The notes beneath the pieces were generated by a model, which worked only from the letters and a program-made list of their open reading frames with translations, did not search any database and had not been told where the DNA came from. A program made the position numbers and the translations under genes. From positions 24,731,344 to 24,795,343 of the forward strand of contig OZ037768.1 in assembly GCA_964035545.1 (NCBI GenBank): DNA of 64,000 nt, in the 5' to 3' direction. Positions 1 to 11,000 of this stretch are shown in pieces. Position 1 is the first letter of the stretch. Each line of letters starts with the position of its first letter. Origin of the DNA: Bugula neritina. Its lineage: Eukaryota > Animalia > Bryozoa.

Positions 1-428
1 TAATTACAATTACAATTACATGGCAATGTAATTAGTTACAATTACAATTACTTTCGTTCTCGCAAGAGATAAATAGAAGTTATGCAATTTTACTTCTAGG
101 GTCCAACTAGCAGGGGCAATTTTGACAGTGCTGAACCTCCTTTGTACTCAACAGTGATACTATACCACATTGACAATTAATCTGAATTTGTTATTTAACA
201 GTAGGCATGGTAGGAAAAGTATGAAACTTTTAGGATTTCAAAGTTTGAAGTAATTGACATGTAATTATAAAGTAATTGTAAAAATCAATTACATTAGATA
301 TGTAATTAATTACAATTACAATTACAATTACATTTTTATACATCAATTACAAATTACATTCAATTACTTGAAAAAATGTAATTAATTACAACCAATTACA
401 ATTACAAATTACAATTACCCCAACCCTG
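1..428 (-). mobile_element. hAT-type MITE, truncated by the window edge
   Basis: Reverse-complement match to the complete element at 51264-51749; ends in the TIR CCCCAACCCTG; subterminal AATTAC repeats. Confidence 0.85.
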
Positions 429-478
429 ATTACTAGACTACTATATTACTATGTCACTAAACTACTCACTTGTTGTAG

Positions 479-2779
479 GCAAGAGACGTAAAAAGGTGCA
501 CCTGATACCTAAAGAGTTACTGTACACTGCTCCGTCTAACCCTTTCACAGGTGATGACACTCTGTGTTAGCATTGAGCTTACAATCTAAGTGCCTCTCTT
601 TCTCTCTGGTAACTTTGTGTTCATGATGTCATGTGTTCATGTCTCTTTCTCTCTGGTAACTTTGTGTTCATGATGTCATGTGTTCTTGTCTCTTTCTCTC
701 TGGTAACTTTGTGTCTATGATGTCATGTGTTCATGTCTCTTTCTCTCTGGTAACTTTGTGTCCATGATGTCATGTGTTCATGTCTCTTTCTCTCTGGTAA
801 CTTTGTGTCTATGATGTCATGCGTCTCTTTCTCTCTGGTAACTTTGTGTCCATGATGTCATGTGTTCGTGTCTCTTTCTCTCTGGTAACTTTGTGTCCAT
901 GATGTCATGTGTTCGTGTCTCTTTCTCTCTGGTAGCTTTGTGTCCATGATGTCATGTGTTCGTGTCTCTTTCTCTCTGGTAACTTTGTGTCCATGATGTC
1001 ATGTGTTCATGTCTCTTTCTCTCTGGTAACTTTGTGTCTATGATGTCATGCGTCTCTTTCTCTCTGGTAACTTTGTGTCCATGATGTCATGTGTTCATGT
1101 CTCTTTCTCTCTGGTAACTTTGTGTCTATGATGTCATGCGTCTCTTTCTCTCTGGTAACTTTGTGTCCATGATGTCATGTGTTCGTGTCTCTTTCTCTCT
1201 GGTAGCTTTGTGTCCATGATGTCATGTGTTCGTGTCTCTTTCTCTCTGGTAACTTTGTGTCCATGATGTCATGTGTCTCTTTCTCCCTGGTAACTTTGTG
1301 TTCATGATGTCATGTGTTCGTGTTTTTCAGAAAGCAGCAAGTGGAGCAGAACACACATGATGTCTAAACAAATGCCTCAAGTTTACTCCTCCATGTTGCC
1401 TTCATGTTTGAGAGGTACCTTCAAATATTTGGTATACTGGTTGCTATAGTAACACACAGAGTATATTAAATATAGAACTGGTTGCTATAGTAACACACAG
1501 AGTATATTAAATATAGAACTGGTTGCTATAGTAACATATATTTTATAACTTGCGCTGGTTGCAGTGAATCAGAGAAGAGAGTTGGCAGAAGTTGTTACTT
1601 CTGAAGAAATTGAGTTGCTTAGCAACAAGAGCTCCTCTTGTAAGATACGAGAAAATGCTGGCAGTTCTTGTAAGTTTAATATTTCAAACTTATCGGCTAA
1701 TATTTTCACTAGCTGTTAGTACACTCACTGTTAGTATACTCACTGTTAGTATACTTACTGTTAGTATACTCACTGTTAGTATACTCACTGTTAGTACACT
1801 CACTGTTAGTACACTCACTGTTAGTATACTCACTGTTAGTATACTTACTGTTAGTATACTCACTGTTAGTATACTCACTGTTAGTACACTCACTGTTAGT
1901 ACACTCACTGTTAGTATACTTACTGTTAGTATACTCACTGTTAGTACACTCACTGTTAGTATACTTGCTGTTAGTATACTCACTGTTAGTATACTCACTG
2001 TTAGTACACTCACTGTTAGTATACTCACTGTTAGTATACTCACTGTTAGTATACTCACTGTTAGTATACTCACTGTTAGTATACTCACTGTTAGTATACT
2101 CACTGTTAGTACACTCACTGTTAGTATACTCACTGTTAGTACACTCACTGTTACAGATAAGCCAAAGCGCTCGACCAGAACTCTGAAAGACAGACTGGAG
2201 AGATGGAGGTATGAAGTCTCTCTGCTGACTGGAGATGCCAGGGAGTTTTCTCCTCGTACAGGTAGTCACCGTCTGTTTCATCACTTTAGCGAGTCATCTG
2301 ATGCATGAAACATTGCAAGTATTAGATTTAATGCACAATACTGCTATGAAGTATTGGCCTGTTCATGAATTGTGTGTTGGTCTAATCACTCTTGTCATAT
2401 TGATTCTGTTAGAGTGTTAGTTATAGTTAGTTAAATAGATGGCCAACTCTTCAATAAGTTAGGTTGTGATTGGGTGTGCGAGTGAGTGAGTGAGTGAGTG
2501 AGTAATTGAGTGAGTAACCTTGTGGTACAACTAGACTATGTCAATGAGTTATTTTAGTATTTAAACGTGCGAGTTATTTATTTTTCAGCTATTAAGCCAC
2601 CTAATTACCAGGAGATCCTCAGTAGTATAAACAACTCCTCTCACTTTCTTCCTCCTCTCAGCGCAATTAACATCAAAAGGCAAAACCTCAATCTATGTAT
2701 TGATGAGGGAGTTATCTCCCCAGAAGAGAGCATGGAATTGCTGTTGAGTAACGTTCGAAATGAATGGCTCAAGTGTTAA
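479..2779 (+). CDS. 3' exons of an unidentified protein-coding gene (5' part outside window)
   Basis: Exons 479-550, 1331-1414, 1565-1639, 2157-2261 and 2589-2779 join in one open frame through GT-AG introns (KRRKKVHLIPKELLYTAPSNPFT...LKDRLERWRYEVSLL...NVRNEWLKC*); AATAAA at 2921. No family recognised. Confidence 0.7.
594..1322. repeat. Intronic minisatellite, 47-bp unit with shorter deletion variants
   Basis: Unit GTCTCTTTCTCTCTGGTAACTTTGTGTCCATGATGTCATGTGTTCAT; ends a few nt before the AG at 1330. Confidence 0.95.
1436..1537. repeat. Intronic 41-bp tandem repeat, about 2.5 copies
   Basis: Unit ACTGGTTGCTATAGTAACACACAGAGTATATTAAATATAGA. Confidence 0.9.
1713..2152. repeat. Intronic 15-bp array, about 29 copies
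   Basis: Unit CTGTTAGTAYACTCA; the last copy becomes the acceptor CTGTTACAG (2156). Confidence 0.95.
2479..2515. repeat. (GAGT)n microsatellite
   Basis: Direct reading, in the last intron of the first gene. Confidence 0.85.
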
Positions 2780-3399
2780 TCCGTTCTCATGGAGAGAATA
2801 TTCATTTCACCAGAGACTAAAGGAAACTTCTTTCACTCTAATTAGGAAGTATATCTTCTGTTGCTTTCATTTTCCTTTTATACTATTTTCAGCTTCAATC
2901 AGAAGGTATATATATTTAAAAATAAATTTTGACTTTGCTACTTGCCCTCTCACTACAAAGATATTCATGTATTTCATTTGTAATATAGTTTCTGATTAAA
3001 AGCTTTGTGGTTTCTAAAGAATTGGCTGCTAAAGCTATTTCCACATATTGATTTATGTTGAAGCTCAGTTTCAGTTTGTGAACATCGCGTTGTGAGTCAT
3101 GCATATGCATGTTATGAATATTAAAAAATATAATAAGTAAATTTTGAAAGCAGAGAAAAGTTTTTGCAAGATGATCAAGTGATGGTCAATAATGCTGAAT
3201 GTAGCACATCTAGTGGTTAGAATTTTCACACAGTGCTAGTAAATATATTAAGGACAAAGTGTTGAGTATTTCACTTATGGTGTTCTTGGCAGCTAGTTAA
3301 TGTGAACATGAAAAGCTTCAAATTTGAGTGATAATATTTGATCTGATGGTGTGCAAACTTGTCCACTCGTCTTTTCTTTTACTTGTTTTTATTGACGAG

Positions 3400-3960
3400 G
3401 TCAGTAACGGGGTTACATCTCGTATCAGCCCATAACATCTACTGTCTTTGCCACTATTGACCTCCATACTTTTCTATGTTGTGCCAGATCTATGCAATAA
3501 TCAAATGTCATGTTAGCATATGTTTTGAGGTCCTTTTTGACAGTATCAACCCATGAGATATATATCTAGTGCTTGCTTGGGTGGTCTACCTCCTGGTAGT
3601 CTGAGAAGGTGCCGGGCCATTTTATTCTACGTGTTCTTATGGTGTGAGACCAAGGTTTCTGCCATGTCTTCTTATATAGCTCATTGTTGCTGATCTTTTG
3701 AGGCCATCTCACCTTCAATATTTTACGTATATAGGAAGTTTCTTTGGCATATGTCGATGTCATCACATTTCTCTTGTGTGATTGACCATAGTTCACTGTT
3801 ATAAAGAAAGATGCTTCATATTAGCGCATCAAAGAGTCTCATCTTAATATTTAGACTGATCCCTTTGTGTGTTAGTATTTTGTTAATGTTGTTGTAAGCC
3901 ACTGTTAGTTGGTTTCGTCTGGCAATGTCGTTCTGTGGCAGGAGGATTGACCCTATGAAA
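3400..3960 (-). mobile_element. Decayed 3' fragment of an RTE-like LINE
   Basis: Frameshifted peptides ISLNIKMRLFDALI and IRKILKVRWPQKISNNELY...IRTRRIKW resemble the post-RT C-terminus of RTE-clade ORFs; boundaries approximate. Confidence 0.75.
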
Positions 3961-4224
3961 GTTATCTTCTTTATATAATAGCCCGAACGTTTAAAGCTGA
4001 TAGAAAAACGTCTCGCACAACACAAGTCCCTTTTGACAATAATAAATCAATTTCGCTAGCTATGGGTGCAATAGTAGCAATCCTATCGCACGCAAATAAA
4101 TATTTTGCGGTACTCATGATTATATGAGGGATGAATTATAGCTCAGACTATTATCCATACGAAGTCTGCCTGGAGGGAGTAGTTTATGCGAGTTAGTAAA
4201 TAAAGTATGCTAATATTTCTATAA

Positions 4225-4332
4225 CTCAGAAGTTTTACTTCAAAATACGAAATATTAATCTTGAACTGTTATTGCATAATTGTTATAACAGTTCAAGATT
4301 AATATTTCGTATTTTGAAGTAAAACTTCTGAG
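4225..4332. repeat. Perfect 48-bp inverted repeat with 12-nt loop
   Basis: 4225-4272 is the exact reverse complement of 4285-4332. Confidence 0.95.
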
Positions 4333-5072
4333 CATAATTGTTATAAGTTTGTGAGGCTGCAAGTGCAACTATTACTGAAAAATATTTAGACGTAGACTTT
4401 TGTCATTTGACTTTGTGTAAAATAGCAATATCAATTTCAAATTGAAATTGAAATTTAAATTCACTTTAGTATGAATTAGAGTATGAATATTGGTATTCAT
4501 ACTGATACTGGTGGTGATACTCATACTCATAGTCATAGTGATAGTTATACTCATAGTCACACTACAATGACTATGACTATCACTATGAGTATGAGTATAT
4601 TTATAAGTATAACTACAACTAATACTATAAGTATAAGTCTAAGACCAAGTGTTAGTATAACTGTAAGGCTAAGCAGCATAATGATTTGTTGAAATAGTTA
4701 TATATAATTTCATTGATATTAAATGTAATTATTATTTTAATAATAGTTGTAAATATATTTAATTGTAATTATTACAATTTACAGTGTATATAATAATTTA
4801 ATTAATAATTATGAAAATACTACTAATAATTCTAATAGCTATAACCTGTAAGTATAAGTATGACCTAATCCTATTGGAGTTACTTGCAGCAACCTATACC
4901 TTCACTTGAACACAGACCTAGAGTTTGACTTGCAGGCTTGGAAATTGATCATAAATTCTGATTTGCTGTCAAACTTTAAATTTTAGATTTAGATGCCCTC
5001 ACTCCTTTCCATTTTGAGTTAACCTTGAAGAAATTCCATGTTTTATAAATCTGGTGCCAACCCACTATTCAC

Positions 5073-8000
5073 ATGGCTCAATGTCAGAAATCGGCACAAG
5101 CTTTTGTGAGAGATGCATTCAATCCAATAGTCGGTGTCATATGTTCAGAGGAGGCAAATGTCATCTGCCAGAAGAATCATTTATCATTTGTTGAGTTGCT
5201 CTTACCGTTTAGTCGAATAACATCTCCAAGTGAGTTGAGGATCAAAACTTACTATTGCTGATTTTGTTAGCATCTATTTCTTATGAATGCCAGGTTTGTG
5301 ATGAGATTAACTGAAGCCAGCGGTGCATCAGCTCAATTACTTTGGTAGTTGTTGTTGGCTTATTGTTTGATAGTGTTTGTAATGCTGTTTCAGTTCATAT
5401 AAGAGACGCCTCAAACATCAGTGTAAATCTTCAGGACTTTTCTGTACAATTCCGGGATGTGAATAATCTCCCCCCACAACAGACTCTTGGGGTAAAGCTA
5501 CTAACGTGAGTTTGAGTTGTGGAATACTAATAGGCTGTATCACTTTCACTACTCAGTATCTCACTGCTCAGTATCACTCTCACTACTCAGTATCACTCTC
5601 ACTGCTCAGTATCACTCTCACTGCTCAGTATCACTCTCACTGCTCAGTATCACTCTCACTACTCAGTATCACTCTCACTACTCAGTATCACTCTCACTGC
5701 TCAGTATCACTCTCACTACTCAGTATCACTCTCACTGCTCAGTATCACTCTCACTGCTCAGTATCTCACTGCTCAGTATCACTCTCACTACTCAGTATCA
5801 CTCTCACTGCTCAGTATCACTCTCACTGCTCAGTATCACTCTCACTGCTCAGTATCACTCTCACTACTCAGTATCACTCTCACTACTCAGTATCACTCTC
5901 ACTGCTCAGTATCACTCTCACTGCTCAGTATCACTCTCACTGCTCAGTATCACTCTCACTACTCAGTATCACTCTCACTACTCAGTATCACTCTCACTAC
6001 TCAGTATCACTCTCACTACTCAGTATCACTCTCACTGCTCAGTATCACTCTCACTACTCAGTATCACTCTCACTACTCAGTATCACTCTCACTACTCAGT
6101 ATCACTCTCACTACTCAGTATCACTCTCACTACTCAGTATCACTCTCACTACTCAGTATCACTCTCACTGCTCAGTATCACTCTCACTACTCAGTATCAC
6201 TCTCACTACTCAGTATCACTCTCACTGCTCAGTATCTCACTGCTCAGTATCACTCTCACTACTCAGTATCACTCTCACTGCTCAGTATCACTCTCACTGC
6301 TCAGTATCACTCTCACTGCTCAGTATCACTCTCACTACTCAGTATCACTCTCACTACTCAGTATCACTCTCACTGCTCAGTATCACTCTCACTACTCAGT
6401 ATCACTCTCACTACTCAGTATCACTCTCACTACTCAGTATCACTCTCACTACTCAGTATCACTCTCACTGCTCAGTATCACTCTCACTGCTCAGTATCAC
6501 TCTCACTGCTCAGTATCACTCTCACTACTCAGTATCACTCTCACTACTCAGTATCACTCTCACTACTCAGTATCACTCTCACTGCTCAGTATCACTCTCA
6601 CTGCTCAGTATCACTCTCACTACTCAGTATCACTCTCACTGCTCAGTATCACTCTCACTACTCAGTATCACTCTCACTACTCAGTATCACTCTCACTACT
6701 CAGTATCACTCTCACTGCTCAGTATCACTCTCACTGCTCAGTATCACTCTCACTACTCAGTATCACTCTCACTGCTCAGTATCACTCTCACTACTCAGTA
6801 TCACTCTCACTGCTCAGTATCACTCTCACTACTCAGTATCACTCTCACTGCTCAGTATCACTCTCACTGCTCAGTATCACTCTCACTGCTCAGTATCACT
6901 CTCACTACTCAGTATCACTCTCACTGCTCAGTATCACTCTCACTGCTCAGTATCACTCTCACTACTCAGTATCACTCTCACTGCTCAGTATCACTCTCAC
7001 TGCTCAGTATCACTCTCACTACTCAGTATCACTCTCACTACTCAGTATCACTCTCACTGTACATATAAGTCATATTATCATTATGAATACTTGCAGGGAG
7101 GCAGTGGGTGTCTGTTTCCCTACTCAGAAGGAGCAGCACATCACTTCAGGAGGCTATGAGATTCGTATAGCTGGTGAGACTCAATGCTATACTATATTAT
7201 ATTATATTATACTATATTATATTATGTTATATTATACTATATTATATTATGTTATATTATACTATATTATATTATGTTATACTATATTATATTATGTTAT
7301 ATTATACTATATTATATTATGTTATACTATATTATATTATGTTATACTATATTGTACTATCTTATATTATGTTATACTATATTGTACTATATTATACTAT
7401 GTTATACTATATTGTACTATATTATATTATATTATACTATATTGTACTATATTATATTATGTTATACTATATTGTACTATATTATATTATGTTATGTTAT
7501 ACTATATTGTACTATATTATATTATGTTATACTATATTGTACTATATTATATTATGTTATGTTATATTATACTATATTATATTATGTTATACTATATTGT
7601 ACTATATTATATTATGTTATACTATATTGTACTATATTATATTATGTTATACTATATTGTACTATATTATATTATGTTATACTATATTGTACTATATTAT
7701 ATTATGTTGTACTATATTGTATTATGTTATATTATGTTATACTATATTGTACTATATTATATTATGTTATACTATATTGTACTATAGCCTCTACCCCATG
7801 GTTTGAAGAGTATAGAGAATGCTTTCTAAACATCATAGCCCCGTCTGATCATGAGTTTCTGCGACACTATGCAGCCTGCGTGTTCGTCGTGTCCTCAACT
7901 CATTCCGATCCTATGAGTCAGTTTGCTCAACTCACAATAACACAGCATCAACAGCAGGTTAGTGTGTGTAACACAGTACTAACTACAGGTTAGTGTGTAT

Positions 8001-11000
8001 AACACAGTACTAACAACAGGTTAGTGTGTATAACACAGTACTAACAACAGGTTAGTGTGTATAACACAGTACTTACAACAGGTTAGTGTGTATAACACAG
8101 TACTAACAACAGGTTAGTGTGTATAACACAGTACTAACTACAGGTTAGTGTGTATAACACAGTACTAACAACAGGTTAGTGTGTAACACACAGTACTACC
8201 TACAGGTTAGTGTGTATAACACAGTACTAACTACAGGTTAGTGTGTAACACAGTACTAACTACAGGTTAGTGTGTATCACACAGTACTACCTACAGGTTA
8301 GTGTGTATAACACAGTACTAACTACAGGTTAGTGTATATAACACAGTACTAACTACAGGTTAGTGTATATAACACAGTACTAACTACAAGTTTATGTGTT
8401 TATGTATGTTATAGACAATAAGGAACTCAATGGTAAATGTGTTGTTTTAATGTTGGGTATTATGTGGTTATTGTTAAACTTTCTGTTTACATGCATGGCC
8501 AGCATCTGTACCTGAGCAGTATATCTGCTATATAGTATATCTGTACCTGTGTAATACTAGAAGATAGTAGTATATCTACATGATAGTAGTATATCTACAT
8601 GATAGCAGTATATCTACATGATAGTAGTATATCTACATGATAGCAGTATATCTACATGATAGCAGTATATCTACATGATAGTATATTCTGTTGTGTTGCC
8701 TTCACTTGTAAGTCTACATGTTCAACTCTAAGAGGATCCAGCCTTGCTAACTGGTCATTATCTTCTCCATGTTGACAAGACGACTCTATACTGCAGTGTA
8801 TACATAGCAACAGCGTACACATAGCAACAGTGTACACGTAGCAACAATGTACATGTAACAACAGTGTATACGTAACAACAGTGTATACGTAGCAACAGTG
8901 TATACATAACAACAGTGTATACGTAACAACAGTGTATACGTAGCAACAGTGTATACATAGCAACAATGTATACATAGCAACAGTATACATATGTATGTTA
9001 TGTTTCCAGCAGCAGACGCCAGCCAAGCTGCCCAAGTGGTTTGCTGCTGATCTGTGCAGATACTATGTGCTCCTACATGACTGTACTGAGGGGGAAGACC
9101 CTAAGTGAGTTGTCTTCTCGTGTATTACCTCTCACTACATATATTACTACTAGTAGTTAGTATATAGTACTACTAGTAGTTAGTATACAGTACTACTAGT
9201 AGTTAGTATACAGTACTACTAGTAGTTAGTATACAGTGCTACTAGTAGTTAGTATACAGTAATACTAGTAGTTAGTATTCAGTACTACTAGTAGTTAGTA
9301 TACAGTACTACTAGTAGTTAGTATACAGTAATACTAGTAGTTAGTATTCAGTACTACTAGTAGTTAGTATACAGTACTACTAGTAGTTAGTATACATTAC
9401 TACTAGTAGTTAGTATACAGTATAACTGTAGAGCGGAAGCTGTCTACCAGAGTATGAAGTCAAAGTACGGAGTTCACTCCTGTCATCTCCTCAGAATCAA
9501 CTCAGTTCTCCCAAATACTGAGGATACGCCGTCTAGCGAGACTCTGCCCGACCCGTGGAGTAACTTTATCAGACCTCGCAGCTCCGTGAGTTTCTATTTA
9601 GACTATTTGTATTACCAGACTATACAGTATACTGTGTATAGTCTAAATATCTGTATTATTAGATTATACAGTATACTGTGTATAGTATAAATATCTGTAT
9701 TACTAGACTATATAGTATATTGTGTATAGTATAAATATCTGTGTTACTAGACTATACGGTATACTGTGTATAGTATATAGTATACTGTGTATATCAGATG
9801 CCTTCCAAGGAACACCCAGAAATGAAGACTAATGGTATAACAGACAGTCAACAAGTGAACTCTGATACTCTCCACCATCCTCTCAGCACCACAACTACGG
9901 AGAGAAGTTATCCTGGAGTTCCCCGTAGACCGAGAACCAGATCTGTTTCAGAGAGGGGGTGTTGGCTGAGCTCCCATGATCACGACAGGTTGAAGACGTT
10001 TGTTCAGGAGTTTGTGGTGAGAGCTGTAATACCCTGGGCTGAGCGTCTCATCAAAGCCTACAACGAGTTGGTGCGTGTTTTTATATTACTCTATCATATT
10101 ATATTACTGTATTATATATTACTATGTCATATTATATTATTGTATTATATATTACTATGTCATATATTACTATAATATATGTTACTATATTACTAAAATG
10201 TATATTACTATATTACTATTGTAGTACCAGTCCAAGAAGCGAGCTGGTAGTCTCATCAAGTCTCTATTTAACAGAGGGAAACAGACCGAGTCAAAACCTG
10301 TGTCAGGGTGAGTCATATGATGTGAATATTCAGTCACAGTAGAGGTTGTGTTGTATTGTATACTATTCTGTATTACTATACTGTAGAGGTTGTGTTGTAT
10401 TGTATACTATACTGTAGAGGTTGTGTTGTATTGTATAATATACTGTAGAGGTTGTGTTGTATTGTATACTATACTGTAGAGGTTGTGTTGTATTGTATAC
10501 TATTCTGTAAAGGTCGTGTTGTATTGTATACTGTACTGTAGAGGTTGTGTTGTATTGTATACTACACTGTAGAGGTTGTGTTGTATTGTATACTATACTG
10601 TAGAGGTTGTGTTGTATTGTATACTATACTGTAGAGGTTGTGTTGTATTGTATACTATACTGTAGAGGTTGTATTGTATACTATACTGTAGAGGTTGTGT
10701 TGTATTGTATACTATACTGTAGAGGTTGTGTTGTATTGTATACTATACTGTAGAGGTTGTGTTGTATTGTATACTATTCTGTAAAGGTTGTGTTGTATTG
10801 TATACTGTACTGTAGAGGTTGTGTTGTATTGTATAATATTCTGTAGAGGTTACCTCTCTGAATCTCCGGAGATGCAGCTTAGACGTCTGGGAGACTTGTG
10901 TTTCATGTTTCAGCTGTACGAACAGGCGTACAGTGTCTACCACACTCTGAAAAAGGACTTTGAGGGGGACAAGACGTGGCTGTACTGTGCTGGTGCCCAG

